A stretch of 52,768 bases of DNA from a virus, in the IMG/VR virus record IMGVR_UViG_3300045988_047893. The stretch is one strand, 5' to 3'. Position numbers and translations under genes: made by a program. Numbering within the stretch: position 1 is the stretch's first letter; each line of letters starts with the position of its first letter. Shown here in pieces: positions 1 through 8,259 of the stretch. The notes beneath the pieces were generated by a model. That model made no database searches. It saw nothing but the letters and a program-made list of their open reading frames with translations, and was not told where the DNA came from.

Positions 1-55
1 TATGGGGCGGGGCCGCTTTGTTTGAGCGGTGCGACCCTGCCAGGGCATCCGCTTG
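1..55. repeat. Terminal overlap, identical to 52714-52768 (circular assembly junction)
   Basis: Read directly: TATGGGGCGGGGCCGCTTTGTTTGAGCGGTGCGACCCTGCCAGGGCATCCGCTTG at both ends of the window. Confidence 0.95.
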
Positions 56-118
56 ACTTTACCGCCTTTCGGTGGTAAACTGGCTTACAAGATGCGTTGT
101 GGAAAATTCATCTTGCAA

Positions 119-154
119 GCCTGTCACCTGCTTTAGTGGGTGGCGGGCTTTTTT
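119..154 (+). terminator. Hairpin plus T-run; intrinsic-terminator-like on the + strand
   Basis: GCCTGTCACC (119-128) pairs with GGTGGCGGGC (139-148) using two G.T wobbles on the + strand. These are C.A mismatches on the - strand. Followed by TTTTTT (149-154). Confidence 0.45.
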
Positions 155-243
155 GCTGCCTGCTTCTTTTTCCACTCTGCCAGGTAGGCGGCCCAGATCG
201 CTTTTTTCAAAGCGGCGGGGAGCTTGAAAAATTCAATGCTCAT
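133..243 (-). CDS. Small 36-aa ORF, first cistron downstream of the leftward promoter
   Basis: ATG at 243 preceded by GAGGTGA; MSIEFFKLPAALKKAIWAAYLAEWKKKQAAKKPATH; below the ORF-track length cutoff; no recognisable family. Confidence 0.3.
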   Translation of the reverse strand: MSIEFFKLPAALKKAIWAAYLAEWKKKQAAKKPATH

Positions 244-296
244 GCTGTTCACCTCACTTCCTGCCCCAGACCGGGGCGGCTATGTTACCAGCTTGA

Positions 297-427
297 CACG
301 TTGCGGTGTCGTTCGCTGTGGCTGCATTGTAGCACCGCAACGTGTCGCCTGTCAAGCACGTTGCGGTGTTTTCGGCGGTCTGCACAAAAAACACGGTGCG
401 GTGCTGTGAAAATTGCACGTTGCGGTG
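297..427. promoter_or_regulatory. Operator array: four exact copies and one 11/12 copy of the 12-mer CACGTTGCGGTG
   Basis: Direct copies at 297-308, 357-368 and 416-427 (spacing 60 and 59 bp). Exact inverted copy at 333-344. One-mismatch copy at 392-403. All lie between divergent genes. Confidence 0.7.
326..355 (-). promoter_or_regulatory. Leftward sigma-70-type promoter
   Basis: On the - strand: TTGACA (355..350), 18-nt spacer, TACAAT (331..326). The spacer contains the inverted operator copy. Confidence 0.6.
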
Positions 428-448
428 TCGGCGGAACTGTGCTATATT
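420..448 (+). promoter_or_regulatory. Rightward extended -10 promoter
   Basis: TGcTATATT (440-448) with a weak -35 TTGCGG (420-425) and a 17-nt spacer. The -35 overlaps the operator at 416-427. It shares GTGCTAYA with the promoters at 326-334 and 1950-1958. Confidence 0.5.
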
Positions 449-479
449 ATATTTATAAAAATAAGCAAGGGGTAATAAT

Positions 480-710
480 ATGCCAGTTTCGGAAACAAAA
501 AGACGAAATAACGACAAATACAACGCAAAATGCGACCGCATAACCGTTTGGCCCATAAAAGCAAAAGGCGCAGCAATCCGCGCCGCGGCAAAAGAAAACG
601 GGGAAAGCCTGCAAGGGTATATTTTGGCGGCGGTATATGCCAGAATGGAGCGGGAAGGGAAGCCGCTAGAGATCGACCCGGCGGAATCCGGGGAAGAAGG
701 GGGACTATAG
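480..710 (+). CDS. Ribbon-helix-helix (Arc/CopG-like) DNA-binding protein
   Basis: ITVWPIKAKGAAIRAAAKENGESLQGYILAAVYARME fits a beta-strand/helix/helix RHH layout. First gene after the rightward promoter. Confidence 0.5.
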   Translation: MPVSETKRRNNDKYNAKCDRITVWPIKAKGAAIRAAAKENGESLQGYILAAVYARMEREGKPLEIDPAESGEEGGL

Positions 711-775
711 GGGGTTACTGGGGGAGAGTTCTAGCTTGCTAGGTTAAAGCCCTACACCTGCTTCTCACTCCCGTT

Positions 776-1419
776 AGGTGGAGAATCTGACCCCTCCGGC
801 AAATGTCCAAAACCGGCCCGGATGGAGCACCGCCAGCGCCAGCCGTGACGCTGGAACGCCGACAGCGGGAACGGTGCCAGCGCTGACCATGCCCACCGGC
901 ACCGCCAGCAGATCAGCCCCACCACCGGCACCGGGACGCACCCCGCCGGAACCATTGCCGCCAGTGCAGACCAAAGGCCAGAGCAGCAGCGCACGCCGCG
1001 CCGTCTGCCCTGGCCTTTTTCTTTTGCCCATCTTCCCGCCGCTGGCCCTGCTGCCTGCCCGCTGCACCGGATCGCCTGCCGGATCGGTGCGGATCAGTGA
1101 CGGCCCGGCCCGGTCGATGACCCCGCCGGCACCCCGCCGCCGTAGCAGATCACCCCGCCCACCCGCACCGCCAGCCAGAAGCAGACCGACACCAACAGCA
1201 CCGCCAGCGCCGCACCGATGACCCCGCAGCCCACAAGCTGCACAGCCTGCACAGCCTGCACACCCTGCCAGACCTCACAGCAGCCAGCAGCCCACCGCCA
1301 GCACCTACCGACACCGCACCCCCGCCAGCCCTGCCGCCACCTGCCGCAGCAGATCACCCCGCCAACAGCCAAAAACCACTCACCGCAGCCCGCCGCCGGA
1401 GGGGTCAGATTCTTTACCT
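776..1419. repeat. GC-rich, strand-asymmetric 0.64-kb segment bounded by a 25-bp inverted repeat
   Basis: AGGTGGAGAATCTGACCCCTCCGGC (776-800) against its reverse complement at 1395-1419 (19 bp perfect, 23/25 overall). The + strand is C/A-rich and T-poor. It has three diverged repeats containing CAGATCA(C/G)CCC near 908, 1145 and 1349. Confidence 0.6.
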
Positions 1420-1762
1420 GACCGGCATATGGCCTTTGCAGTATAGCCAATAGCTAGGCTATAGCCGCCTTATCTAACCCCCTGCCCCCTTCCTTCTCCG
1501 CCTCGACGGCCTGCCGTTGCCCTGGGCACCGCCCACCGGCGGCCCGGCACCGGCCCGGCCTGCCGTCGCCCCGTCCGGCCCCGCCGCCGGAAAGGTACTG
1601 CCCCCCGCCGGCGGGCGCGGTGCGGGTTCCGAAGCCCCAAAATTTTTCTAGGTTCCAAATTTTTTGAAGGGCTTCCGCGTTTTTGACCCACGAAAAGGGG
1701 GTACGGGTCAAAAAATGTAAGTCTGGGGCGAACATGGCGGTAATGTCACCGGGATGGTGGAC

Positions 1763-1779
1763 GCTTACAATTTGTAAGC
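1763..1779. promoter_or_regulatory. 17-bp palindrome GCTTACAA-T-TTGTAAGC (copy 1)
   Basis: Perfect 8-bp arms. A second copy lies at 2026-2042. The region is upstream of the packaging genes and is a plausible cos or regulator site. Confidence 0.5.
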
Positions 1780-1929
1780 AACTCACGTTTTGCCGGTGCC
1801 AACAAATCATCCCGGTGTGATCTTGTTGAGGTCAACAAAATCGGGATAGACCATCTTGCCGGGGCTGGCAAAATGGTGGCTATGTCATAAAGTGTTTACA
1901 TTTGAAAGCCCCAACCGGCAAAAGATAAG

Positions 1930-1958
1930 ACGTTATAAGACGGTTTTGGTGCTATACT
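1930..1958 (+). promoter_or_regulatory. Extended -10 promoter upstream of the late operon
   Basis: TGcTATACT at 1950-1958. Same GTGCTATA core as the promoter at 440-448. Weak -35. Confidence 0.45.
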
Positions 1959-1981
1959 TAGTACAGTGGAATTATGGAGAG

Positions 1982-2015
1982 AGGCCCCACGGCGGCGAAC
2001 CGAGGGGCCTTTTTC
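1982..2015 (+). terminator. Intrinsic terminator in the late-operon leader
   Basis: AGGCCCC (1982-1988) pairs with GGGGCCT (2004-2010), followed by TTTTT. It lies about 20 nt after the predicted start site and 120 nt before the terS-like ATG. Confidence 0.55.
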
Positions 2016-2025
2016 ATACACTGTT

Positions 2026-2042
2026 GCTTACAAGTTGTAAGC
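2026..2042. promoter_or_regulatory. 17-bp palindrome GCTTACAA-G-TTGTAAGC (copy 2)
   Basis: Same 8-bp arms as 1763-1779. Lies just downstream of the leader terminator. Confidence 0.5.
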
Positions 2043-2135
2043 GACCCGAAGAAATGCCGCAGGACCGGCGGCGAAACTGAATGCTCTGCCTGGATGATTT
2101 GCCAGACGGGGCGTTTTTTATTGGAGGAAAACCAA

Positions 2136-2870
2136 ATGGCAAGGCGAAGCGATGAGCGCGATGCCGCCCGCGCTGAGTACATTGCCCGGATGGAGAAGGA
2201 CGGAGAAGTGAATCTTCGACAGCTGGCGGACGATCTCCATCTTAAATATGATACGGTCCGCCGCTGGAAGGCAAAGGACGGGTGGGGCCCGCCCGCACCC
2301 AGGAAGCCCGGCGGACAGCCGGGAAACAAAAACGCCGCGGGCAACCCCGGCGGCGGGGCACCTGTCGGGAATGAGAATGCAATGAAGGATGGAGCCTATG
2401 CAACCATCTTCTTTGACAAGCTCACCCCGGAAGAAAAACAGATCGTAGAGAATGCGCCCCGGAACAGCACCGAGCTGACTTCCCACGAAATCGGTGTACT
2501 GCTGCTCCGGGAAAAGTACATTCTGGACAAGATCAAAGAGTATCAGGCTTTACCGCCTGACCAGATGATTACATCCAGCGTCATGGATATGCGAGTACCC
2601 GGCGGACGTGGCAAGCGGAAGCGGGACGGCGCAAACCAGCAGATCGGTATGTATCAGAAGGAGACCCCGGCACAGCGTATCTTGCAGCTGCAGGAAGCCT
2701 TGAACAAAATTCATGGCCGCATCCTGTCTGCGGCGGCCCAGATGCAGAAAAACGAAATGGACAAGCTGCACCTGGAAACCGAACAGCAGCGGCTTGAACT
2801 GCTGCGCATCCGGGCGACCGGCGAGATCGGAGAACCGGGGGACGGTGACAAAGATGCTGTACACGAGTAA
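2136..2870 (+). CDS. Terminase small-subunit-like DNA-binding protein
   Basis: ATG 2136 with GGAGGA upstream, inside ORF 1974-2870. HTH-like LRQLADDLHLKYDTVRRWK. Gly/Asn motif GGQPGNKNAAGNPGGGAPVGNENAMKDGAY as in Firmicutes-phage TerS proteins. Confidence 0.6.
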   Translation: MARRSDERDAARAEYIARMEKDGEVNLRQLADDLHLKYDTVRRWKAKDGWGPPAPRKPGGQPGNKNAAGNPGGGAPVGNENAMKDGAYATIFFDKLTPEEKQIVENAPRNSTELTSHEIGVLLLREKYILDKIKEYQALPPDQMITSSVMDMRVPGGRGKRKRDGANQQIGMYQKETPAQRILQLQEALNKIHGRILSAAAQMQKNEMDKLHLETEQQRLELLRIRATGEIGEPGDGDKDAVHE

Positions 2871-3342
2871 GGCCGTTGGCGAATGGCTGGGCATCACTGA
2901 CCGTCAGGTGCGGAACCTGCGGGATCAGGGCGTGCTGTCCGAAGTCCGGCCCGGTGTCTTTGACATGAAGGTCTGCGTCCGGCAATACCTGAACTTCAAG
3001 ATCGGCAACAAAGACGATCAAGCCCGTCTTGTTGCTGCCCGTGCCGAGCGGGAGGAAACCCGCGGCAAGATCGAGAAAATGCGGATGGAGGAAGCCCAAG
3101 GCGACCTGCACCGCACCGAGGACGTAGAACGCGCCCTGAAAACCATCTTTGCAAATTTCAAGAACCGGCTGGAAACCATCCCGACTAAGTACGCAAGTAC
3201 CATGGCCCAGCTGACCGACCCGGCGGAAGCCCACGATATTCTGCAAAAAGCAGTGCAGGAAGCACTTGTGGAATTGAGTGACCCCGAAATTGCGCTGGCA
3301 GCACCAGCGGGGGAGGAACCCGAAGATGAGCAGGAAGAATAA
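2854..3342 (+). CDS. Nu1-like HTH packaging protein
   Basis: MLYTSKAVGEWLGITDRQVRNLRDQGVL (MerR/Nu1-type HTH) followed by a coiled coil. Directly upstream of the GpA-type TerL. Confidence 0.5.
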   Translation: MLYTSKAVGEWLGITDRQVRNLRDQGVLSEVRPGVFDMKVCVRQYLNFKIGNKDDQARLVAARAEREETRGKIEKMRMEEAQGDLHRTEDVERALKTIFANFKNRLETIPTKYASTMAQLTDPAEAHDILQKAVQEALVELSDPEIALAAPAGEEPEDEQEE

Positions 3343-3431
3343 ATGCCGGGGTTGTGTCTGGGGAACCCGGCTGAATGAGATCCAGCAGTTCTGCCCGTTC
3401 GGCAGCTGTGTCATGAAAGGCGGCGGCAACA

Positions 3432-5270
3432 ATGGCAATGATCCACCTGGAACCGCAGACTGCACAGATGTTCAGCCGGGCACTGGGTGCGCTGAAGCCG
3501 CCCCCGAACCTGACCCTTAGTCAGTGGGCAGATAACTACCGCCGCTTGTCGGCGGAAGCATCCGCAGCACAAGGCCGTTGGAATACGGACAACGCACCTT
3601 TCCAGCGGGAGATCATGGATGCCATCGGGGATGTCCATATCCGCAAGGTGGTAGCCATGATGTGCGCCCAGTCCGGCAAGACGGACGGCCTGATCCTGAA
3701 CACCATCGGGTACTACATGAGTTACTACCCGGCCCCTATCATGATCGTGCAGCCTACGGTGAACCTGGGCGAGAGCTTCAGCAAAGACCGTCTGGCTACC
3801 ATGATCCGGGACACTCCGGTGCTTCGGGGCCTTGTGGATAACAAGAGCCGCTACTCCGGCAACACGATCATGAAAAAGAACTTCGCCGGTGGTCAACTGA
3901 CCATCGTTGGCGCAAACGCCCCGACCGATCTGCGCGGCCGCCCCATCAAGGTACTGCTGGCGGACGAGGTGGACGCTTACAAAGCCAGCGCCGGCAAAGA
4001 AGGCGACCCGGTCATGTTGGCCGAACAGCGTCAAACGACCTACTGGGATTACAAGACGGTGCTGGTGTCTACCCCCACTGACAAAAACAACAGCCGCATT
4101 TTGGACGAGTTCAACACATCCACCCAAGAGGAATGGACGGTGCCTTGCCCGAACTGCGGCTTTTATCAGCCCTTTGTTTGGGACAACATGGTGTTCGACA
4201 AGGAAAAGTGGCCGGAAGGCGGCGTGCAATACCGCTGCGCCGAGTGTGGCTGCCTTGACAACGAATACCGCTGGAAGAAAAACAGCCTGCAAGGAAAGTG
4301 GCACGCAGAACACCCGGAACGGTCTGTGCGGGGCTTCCACATGAACAAGATCGGCTCCACCCTCTGCGGGTGGGACAAGATCGTGGAGGACTTCATTGCT
4401 GCTGATTTGGATGCACAGCGCGGAGACTACGAGAAGATGCAGGTCTTTGTGAACACTGACCTGGGCTTGCCGTGGGAAGAACCGGGCGAAGCGGTGGAGG
4501 CAAACAACCTGCTGGACCGCCGCGAGTTCTACGAGGCGGAAGTACCGGACGGCGTGGTGTACCTGACAGCCGGTGTCGATACGCAGGACAACCGCTTTGA
4601 GGCGGAAGTCGTGGGCTGGGGCATCGGCAAGGAAAGCTGGGGCATCCGGTATCAGCGCATCTACGGCGACCTGAAACGTGGGCAGGTCTGGGCAGATCTG
4701 GACGATTTCCTATCAAAGACTTGGAAAAAGAAGGACGGCACGGAACTGTCCCTGCGGTGTGTCTGCATGGACAGCGGCGGCCACTTCCCGGATCAGGTCA
4801 TACGGTTCTGCAAAGAGCGCGAGGAACGGCACATCTGGCCCATCAAAGGCCGTGGCGGTATGGACGTACCATACCTGCGCAACCCAACAAAGAACAACCG
4901 CGTAGGCGGCGAGCTGTTTACGCTGGGCGTTGATACCGGCAAGAACCATGTCCTTGCCCGGTTGAAGGTGCTTATCAAAGGCCCGAACTACTGCCACTTC
5001 CCGGCGGCAGAGGATGCCGGGTATGACGAAAACTATTTCAAGATGCTTACTGCGGAGCACAAGGTCACACGCTGGAAGTCTGGCCGCAAGGTGGAGCGGT
5101 GGGAGCTGAAAGACCCGGCACAGAAACGTAACGAAGCGTTTGACGTTCGGAACTACGCAACGGCGGCGCTGGAAATCAGCAATCCCCCCGGTTTGGAGAT
5201 CCCCGGAGAGGAAGCACCACGCCAGACCGCACCGCGCCAGTACCGCAGAAGAAGATCAGGAGGTATCTAA
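3432..5270 (+). CDS. terL: Terminase large subunit, lambda GpA family
   Basis: 612 aa. Walker A-like CAQSGKTDG, LLADEVD, zinc-ribbon CPNCG..CAECG. N-terminal WADNYRRLS..APFQREIMD is typical of GpA. Confidence 0.9.
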   Translation: MAMIHLEPQTAQMFSRALGALKPPPNLTLSQWADNYRRLSAEASAAQGRWNTDNAPFQREIMDAIGDVHIRKVVAMMCAQSGKTDGLILNTIGYYMSYYPAPIMIVQPTVNLGESFSKDRLATMIRDTPVLRGLVDNKSRYSGNTIMKKNFAGGQLTIVGANAPTDLRGRPIKVLLADEVDAYKASAGKEGDPVMLAEQRQTTYWDYKTVLVSTPTDKNNSRILDEFNTSTQEEWTVPCPNCGFYQPFVWDNMVFDKEKWPEGGVQYRCAECGCLDNEYRWKKNSLQGKWHAEHPERSVRGFHMNKIGSTLCGWDKIVEDFIAADLDAQRGDYEKMQVFVNTDLGLPWEEPGEAVEANNLLDRREFYEAEVPDGVVYLTAGVDTQDNRFEAEVVGWGIGKESWGIRYQRIYGDLKRGQVWADLDDFLSKTWKKKDGTELSLRCVCMDSGGHFPDQVIRFCKEREERHIWPIKGRGGMDVPYLRNPTKNNRVGGELFTLGVDTGKNHVLARLKVLIKGPNYCHFPAAEDAGYDENYFKMLTAEHKVTRWKSGRKVERWELKDPAQKRNEAFDVRNYATAALEISNPPGLEIPGEEAPRQTAPRQYRRRRSGGI

Positions 5271-5273
5271 ACA

Positions 5274-5510
5274 ATGCCGATCATCTCAAAAGAAGCCGCG
5301 CAGCGGCATCTTGATATGTGGATGGAAGCAGAAGCTGCTGTTTCGACAGGGCAAAGCTACCAGATCGAACAGATGATGCTGACCCGTGCCAGTTTGAAAC
5401 AGATTCGGGAGAGCATTATCTTCTGGGAAAAGAAAGTAGCCGAAGCGGAAGCAGAAGAAAAAGGCCGGGGCAGAAACCGAATCTACCACTTCTCGCCGCA
5501 TGATGTGTAA
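5274..5510 (+). CDS. Head-tail joining protein, lambda gpW-like
   Basis: 78 aa between TerL and portal. AQRHLDMWMEAEAAVSTGQSYQI pattern as in gpW. Confidence 0.6.
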   Translation: MPIISKEAAQRHLDMWMEAEAAVSTGQSYQIEQMMLTRASLKQIRESIIFWEKKVAEAEAEEKGRGRNRIYHFSPHDV

Positions 5511-5524
5511 GGACGGTGGACTAC

Positions 5525-7123
5525 ATGGCAAATATTCTGGATAAAGCCATTGCGGCAATCAGCCCTGAAAAAGGGTATCGCCGCGCTGTGGCACGCGCCG
5601 CACTGTCCGTCATGAACAACGGCACCGGCTACGGAAACTACGGAGCAAGCCGCATTTCCCGCGCTATGCGAAGCTGGCACGTTGGCGGCGGCAGCGCAAA
5701 AGAGGATATCGAAGATAATCTTGATATTCTGCGCAAACGGAGCCGGGATGCTTATATGGGCATCCCTCTGGCAACGGGTGCCATCAAGACCCTGCGCACC
5801 AACGTGGTGGGCAGCGGCCTTGTGCCGACCCCGCAGGTGGATGCGGACTATCTGCACTTGAACGAGGAACAGGCAGACAGATTGCAGGCGCAGATCTCCC
5901 GCGAATTTGAACTTTGGGCGGACAGCACCCTTTGCGATGCTGCTGGCATGGATAACTTCTGGCGGTTGCAGACGCTGGCGTTCACCAGTTTCCTGATGAA
6001 CGGCGATGTGTTTGCGGTGGTGCAGTTCGACGAACATCCGCACTGGCCGTATGCTCTGCGGCTGCGCCTGATCGAGGCTGATCTGATTTGCAGCCCTGAC
6101 CGCACGGACATAATGGCACCCTGCACGATAGACAAGCATGACGTGTTCCAGATCGTGCAGGGCGTGGAAACGAACCGGGACGGCGCGGTGGTGGCGTACT
6201 GGATAGCAAGTCGGCATCCGCTGGCTTACGACAGCACGGTGCCGCTGACATGGACGCGGGTAGAAGCCCGCGACCCCGAAACGGGAGAGCCGAACATTCT
6301 GTGCGTCACACAGAGGGAGCGTGCCGGGCAGCGGCGCGGCGTGCCCTTGCTGGCTCCGGTGCTGCCCACGCTGAAACAGATGGGCAGATACACAGAAGCA
6401 GAGCTGGCGGCGGCTATCGTGGCATCGTCCATCACGCTGTTTATCAAGCATGAAAACCCGACCAGTCAGGCACCGTTCGGCGAGGAACCGGCGGATAAGG
6501 CGGAGGACCCGAACACCCCGCCCGATGAACTGGGCATCGACCTTGCACCGAGCGCGGTGTTCGACCTTGCACCGGGAGAGAGCACGGATACGTTCGACCC
6601 GAAGCATCCGACCACGACCTTTGACGGCTTCATGTCGGCCATGTCCAATCAGGTAGCGACCGGCGTAGAGATCCCAAGTGAGGTGCTTTACAAGAAATTC
6701 AGTTCCAACTATTCCGCAAGCCGCGGCGCACTGAACGAGTTTTGGCGAACCTGCGGTGTGCTGCGGGATAGCTTTGCAGCGGACTTCTGCCAGCCGGCCT
6801 ACGAAAAATGGTTTGCCGAGGCAGTAGCCCGTGGGCGCATCAATGCGCCCGGCTTCTTTGACGACCAGGCTGTGGCGAAAGCCTACATGGGCTGCACATG
6901 GAACGGTCCTGCACGCACCAATCTGGATGCCAAGAAAGAAATCGAGGCGGCGATTCTGCGTGTTCAGCAGGGCATCAGCACAAATGAGCAGGAAACTGCA
7001 CAGATGACCGGTGGAAACTGGCGGGCAAACATGAGGCAGCGCAAGAGCGAAATGGAAAAAATGAAGGAGGTAGGGCTAAATGAGCAAACCCAATTCCCGG
7101 ACGAACCAGAAGATGACAAATGA
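5525..7123 (+). CDS. Portal protein, lambda family
   Basis: About 530 aa after gpW. The ORF opens at GTG 5516, but ATG 5525 has better spacing to AAGGA. Position and length match lambda gpB. Confidence 0.85.
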   Translation: MANILDKAIAAISPEKGYRRAVARAALSVMNNGTGYGNYGASRISRAMRSWHVGGGSAKEDIEDNLDILRKRSRDAYMGIPLATGAIKTLRTNVVGSGLVPTPQVDADYLHLNEEQADRLQAQISREFELWADSTLCDAAGMDNFWRLQTLAFTSFLMNGDVFAVVQFDEHPHWPYALRLRLIEADLICSPDRTDIMAPCTIDKHDVFQIVQGVETNRDGAVVAYWIASRHPLAYDSTVPLTWTRVEARDPETGEPNILCVTQRERAGQRRGVPLLAPVLPTLKQMGRYTEAELAAAIVASSITLFIKHENPTSQAPFGEEPADKAEDPNTPPDELGIDLAPSAVFDLAPGESTDTFDPKHPTTTFDGFMSAMSNQVATGVEIPSEVLYKKFSSNYSASRGALNEFWRTCGVLRDSFAADFCQPAYEKWFAEAVARGRINAPGFFDDQAVAKAYMGCTWNGPARTNLDAKKEIEAAILRVQQGISTNEQETAQMTGGNWRANMRQRKSEMEKMKEVGLNEQTQFPDEPEDDK

Positions 7124-8246
7124 TAAGTTTTGGCAGTTCCGCAATCTGGCCGGTGATGACCAGAAGGCGGAACTTCTGCTTTACGGCGATATTTCCGAGC
7201 GCAGCTGGTGGGAAGATGCCGCGACCCCGAAACGGTTTGCGGATGACCTTGCCGCCCTGGGCGATGTGAAAGAAATCACCGTGTACATCAACTCCGGTGG
7301 AGGTGATGTGTTTGCAGCACAGGCCATTGGCAATATGCTGGAACGCAACGCGGCCACCGTGACCGCCCACATCGACGGCCTGTGTGCCAGTGCAGCAACC
7401 ATTGTTGCCTGCCATGCAGACAAGGTGGTGGCGGCGGCAGACAGCAGCTACATGGTGCATCCGGTCAGTATGGGTGTCTGCGATTACCTGACAGCAGAGG
7501 ATCTCAACAACTGCCTGAAAGCACTGGAAACCATCCGCAGCAGCATCGTCACCCTGTACGCCAAGAAGTCCGGCAAGACCGAGGACGAATGCGCCAAGTG
7601 GATGGATGAAACGAACTGGTGGACGGCAACGGAAGCCAAGGAGAAGGGCTTTGTGGACGAGGTGGACGACGAAGCGGACGATTCTGTTGTGGAGAACCGC
7701 AACGGCATCCTGTTCGTCAACAGCATCAGTATGAACACCCCGTTCAACAAAGCACCGAACTTTGTCAGAAGCCGGGTGGTGGATAAGACCACGGCCCAGC
7801 CTGAAAATACACCCCAGGCGGATCAGCCGGGGAACAAAACCCATGGGGAGGTAACAGACATGGACATTAAGGACATCAAGACCGTGGACGATCTCCGCAA
7901 GGCGTGCCCGGATATGGTAGCCAAGATCGAGACCGAGGCTATCAATGCCGAGCGCACCCGCATTCAGGAGATCGAAAACGCCACTCTGCCCGGCGCGGAG
8001 GATGAAGCGAATGAGGCGAAGTTTGTGAAGCCCATTGATTCCGCATCCTTTGCGAAGGCCGTCATTGCCAGCATGAAGGCAAAGCAGCAGAAGCAGAGCA
8101 AGGATTATCTGGACAAGGCAAAGGCCAACGCCCAGACTTCCGGCGCGAACAACATCACCAATCCGCCGCCCGCTGACCCGGATCCGAAGGACGCGGAAGC
8201 AAACGTTTTCCTGGCCGCGATCCGCAAGGCAAACGGTGTGAAGTAA
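7080..8246 (+). CDS. ClpP/S49-like head maturation protease fused to a scaffold region
   Basis: GAAGGAGG RBS. ITVYINSGGGDVFAAQAI and GLCASAATIVACHAD serine-protease motifs. Acidic, coiled C-terminal half. Confidence 0.85.
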   Translation: MSKPNSRTNQKMTNDKFWQFRNLAGDDQKAELLLYGDISERSWWEDAATPKRFADDLAALGDVKEITVYINSGGGDVFAAQAIGNMLERNAATVTAHIDGLCASAATIVACHADKVVAAADSSYMVHPVSMGVCDYLTAEDLNNCLKALETIRSSIVTLYAKKSGKTEDECAKWMDETNWWTATEAKEKGFVDEVDDEADDSVVENRNGILFVNSISMNTPFNKAPNFVRSRVVDKTTAQPENTPQADQPGNKTHGEVTDMDIKDIKTVDDLRKACPDMVAKIETEAINAERTRIQEIENATLPGAEDEANEAKFVKPIDSASFAKAVIASMKAKQQKQSKDYLDKAKANAQTSGANNITNPPPADPDPKDAEANVFLAAIRKANGVK

Positions 8247-8259
8247 GGAGGAAAGAACC

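Noticed and set aside
1094-1096. In-frame TGA joining ORFs 1094-1450 and 752-994 (-) as selenocysteine or a TGA-recoded codon
   Set aside because: The frame is open mainly because the region lacks T/A. The product is compositionally implausible. No SECIS-like element was noted, and every other gene in the window ends normally at TGA/TAA/TAG
1974-2135. N-terminal extension of the terS-like ORF (start at 1974)
   Set aside because: The extension would run through the leader terminator hairpin and a palindrome, and it has no RBS. ATG 2136 has GGAGGA at good spacing
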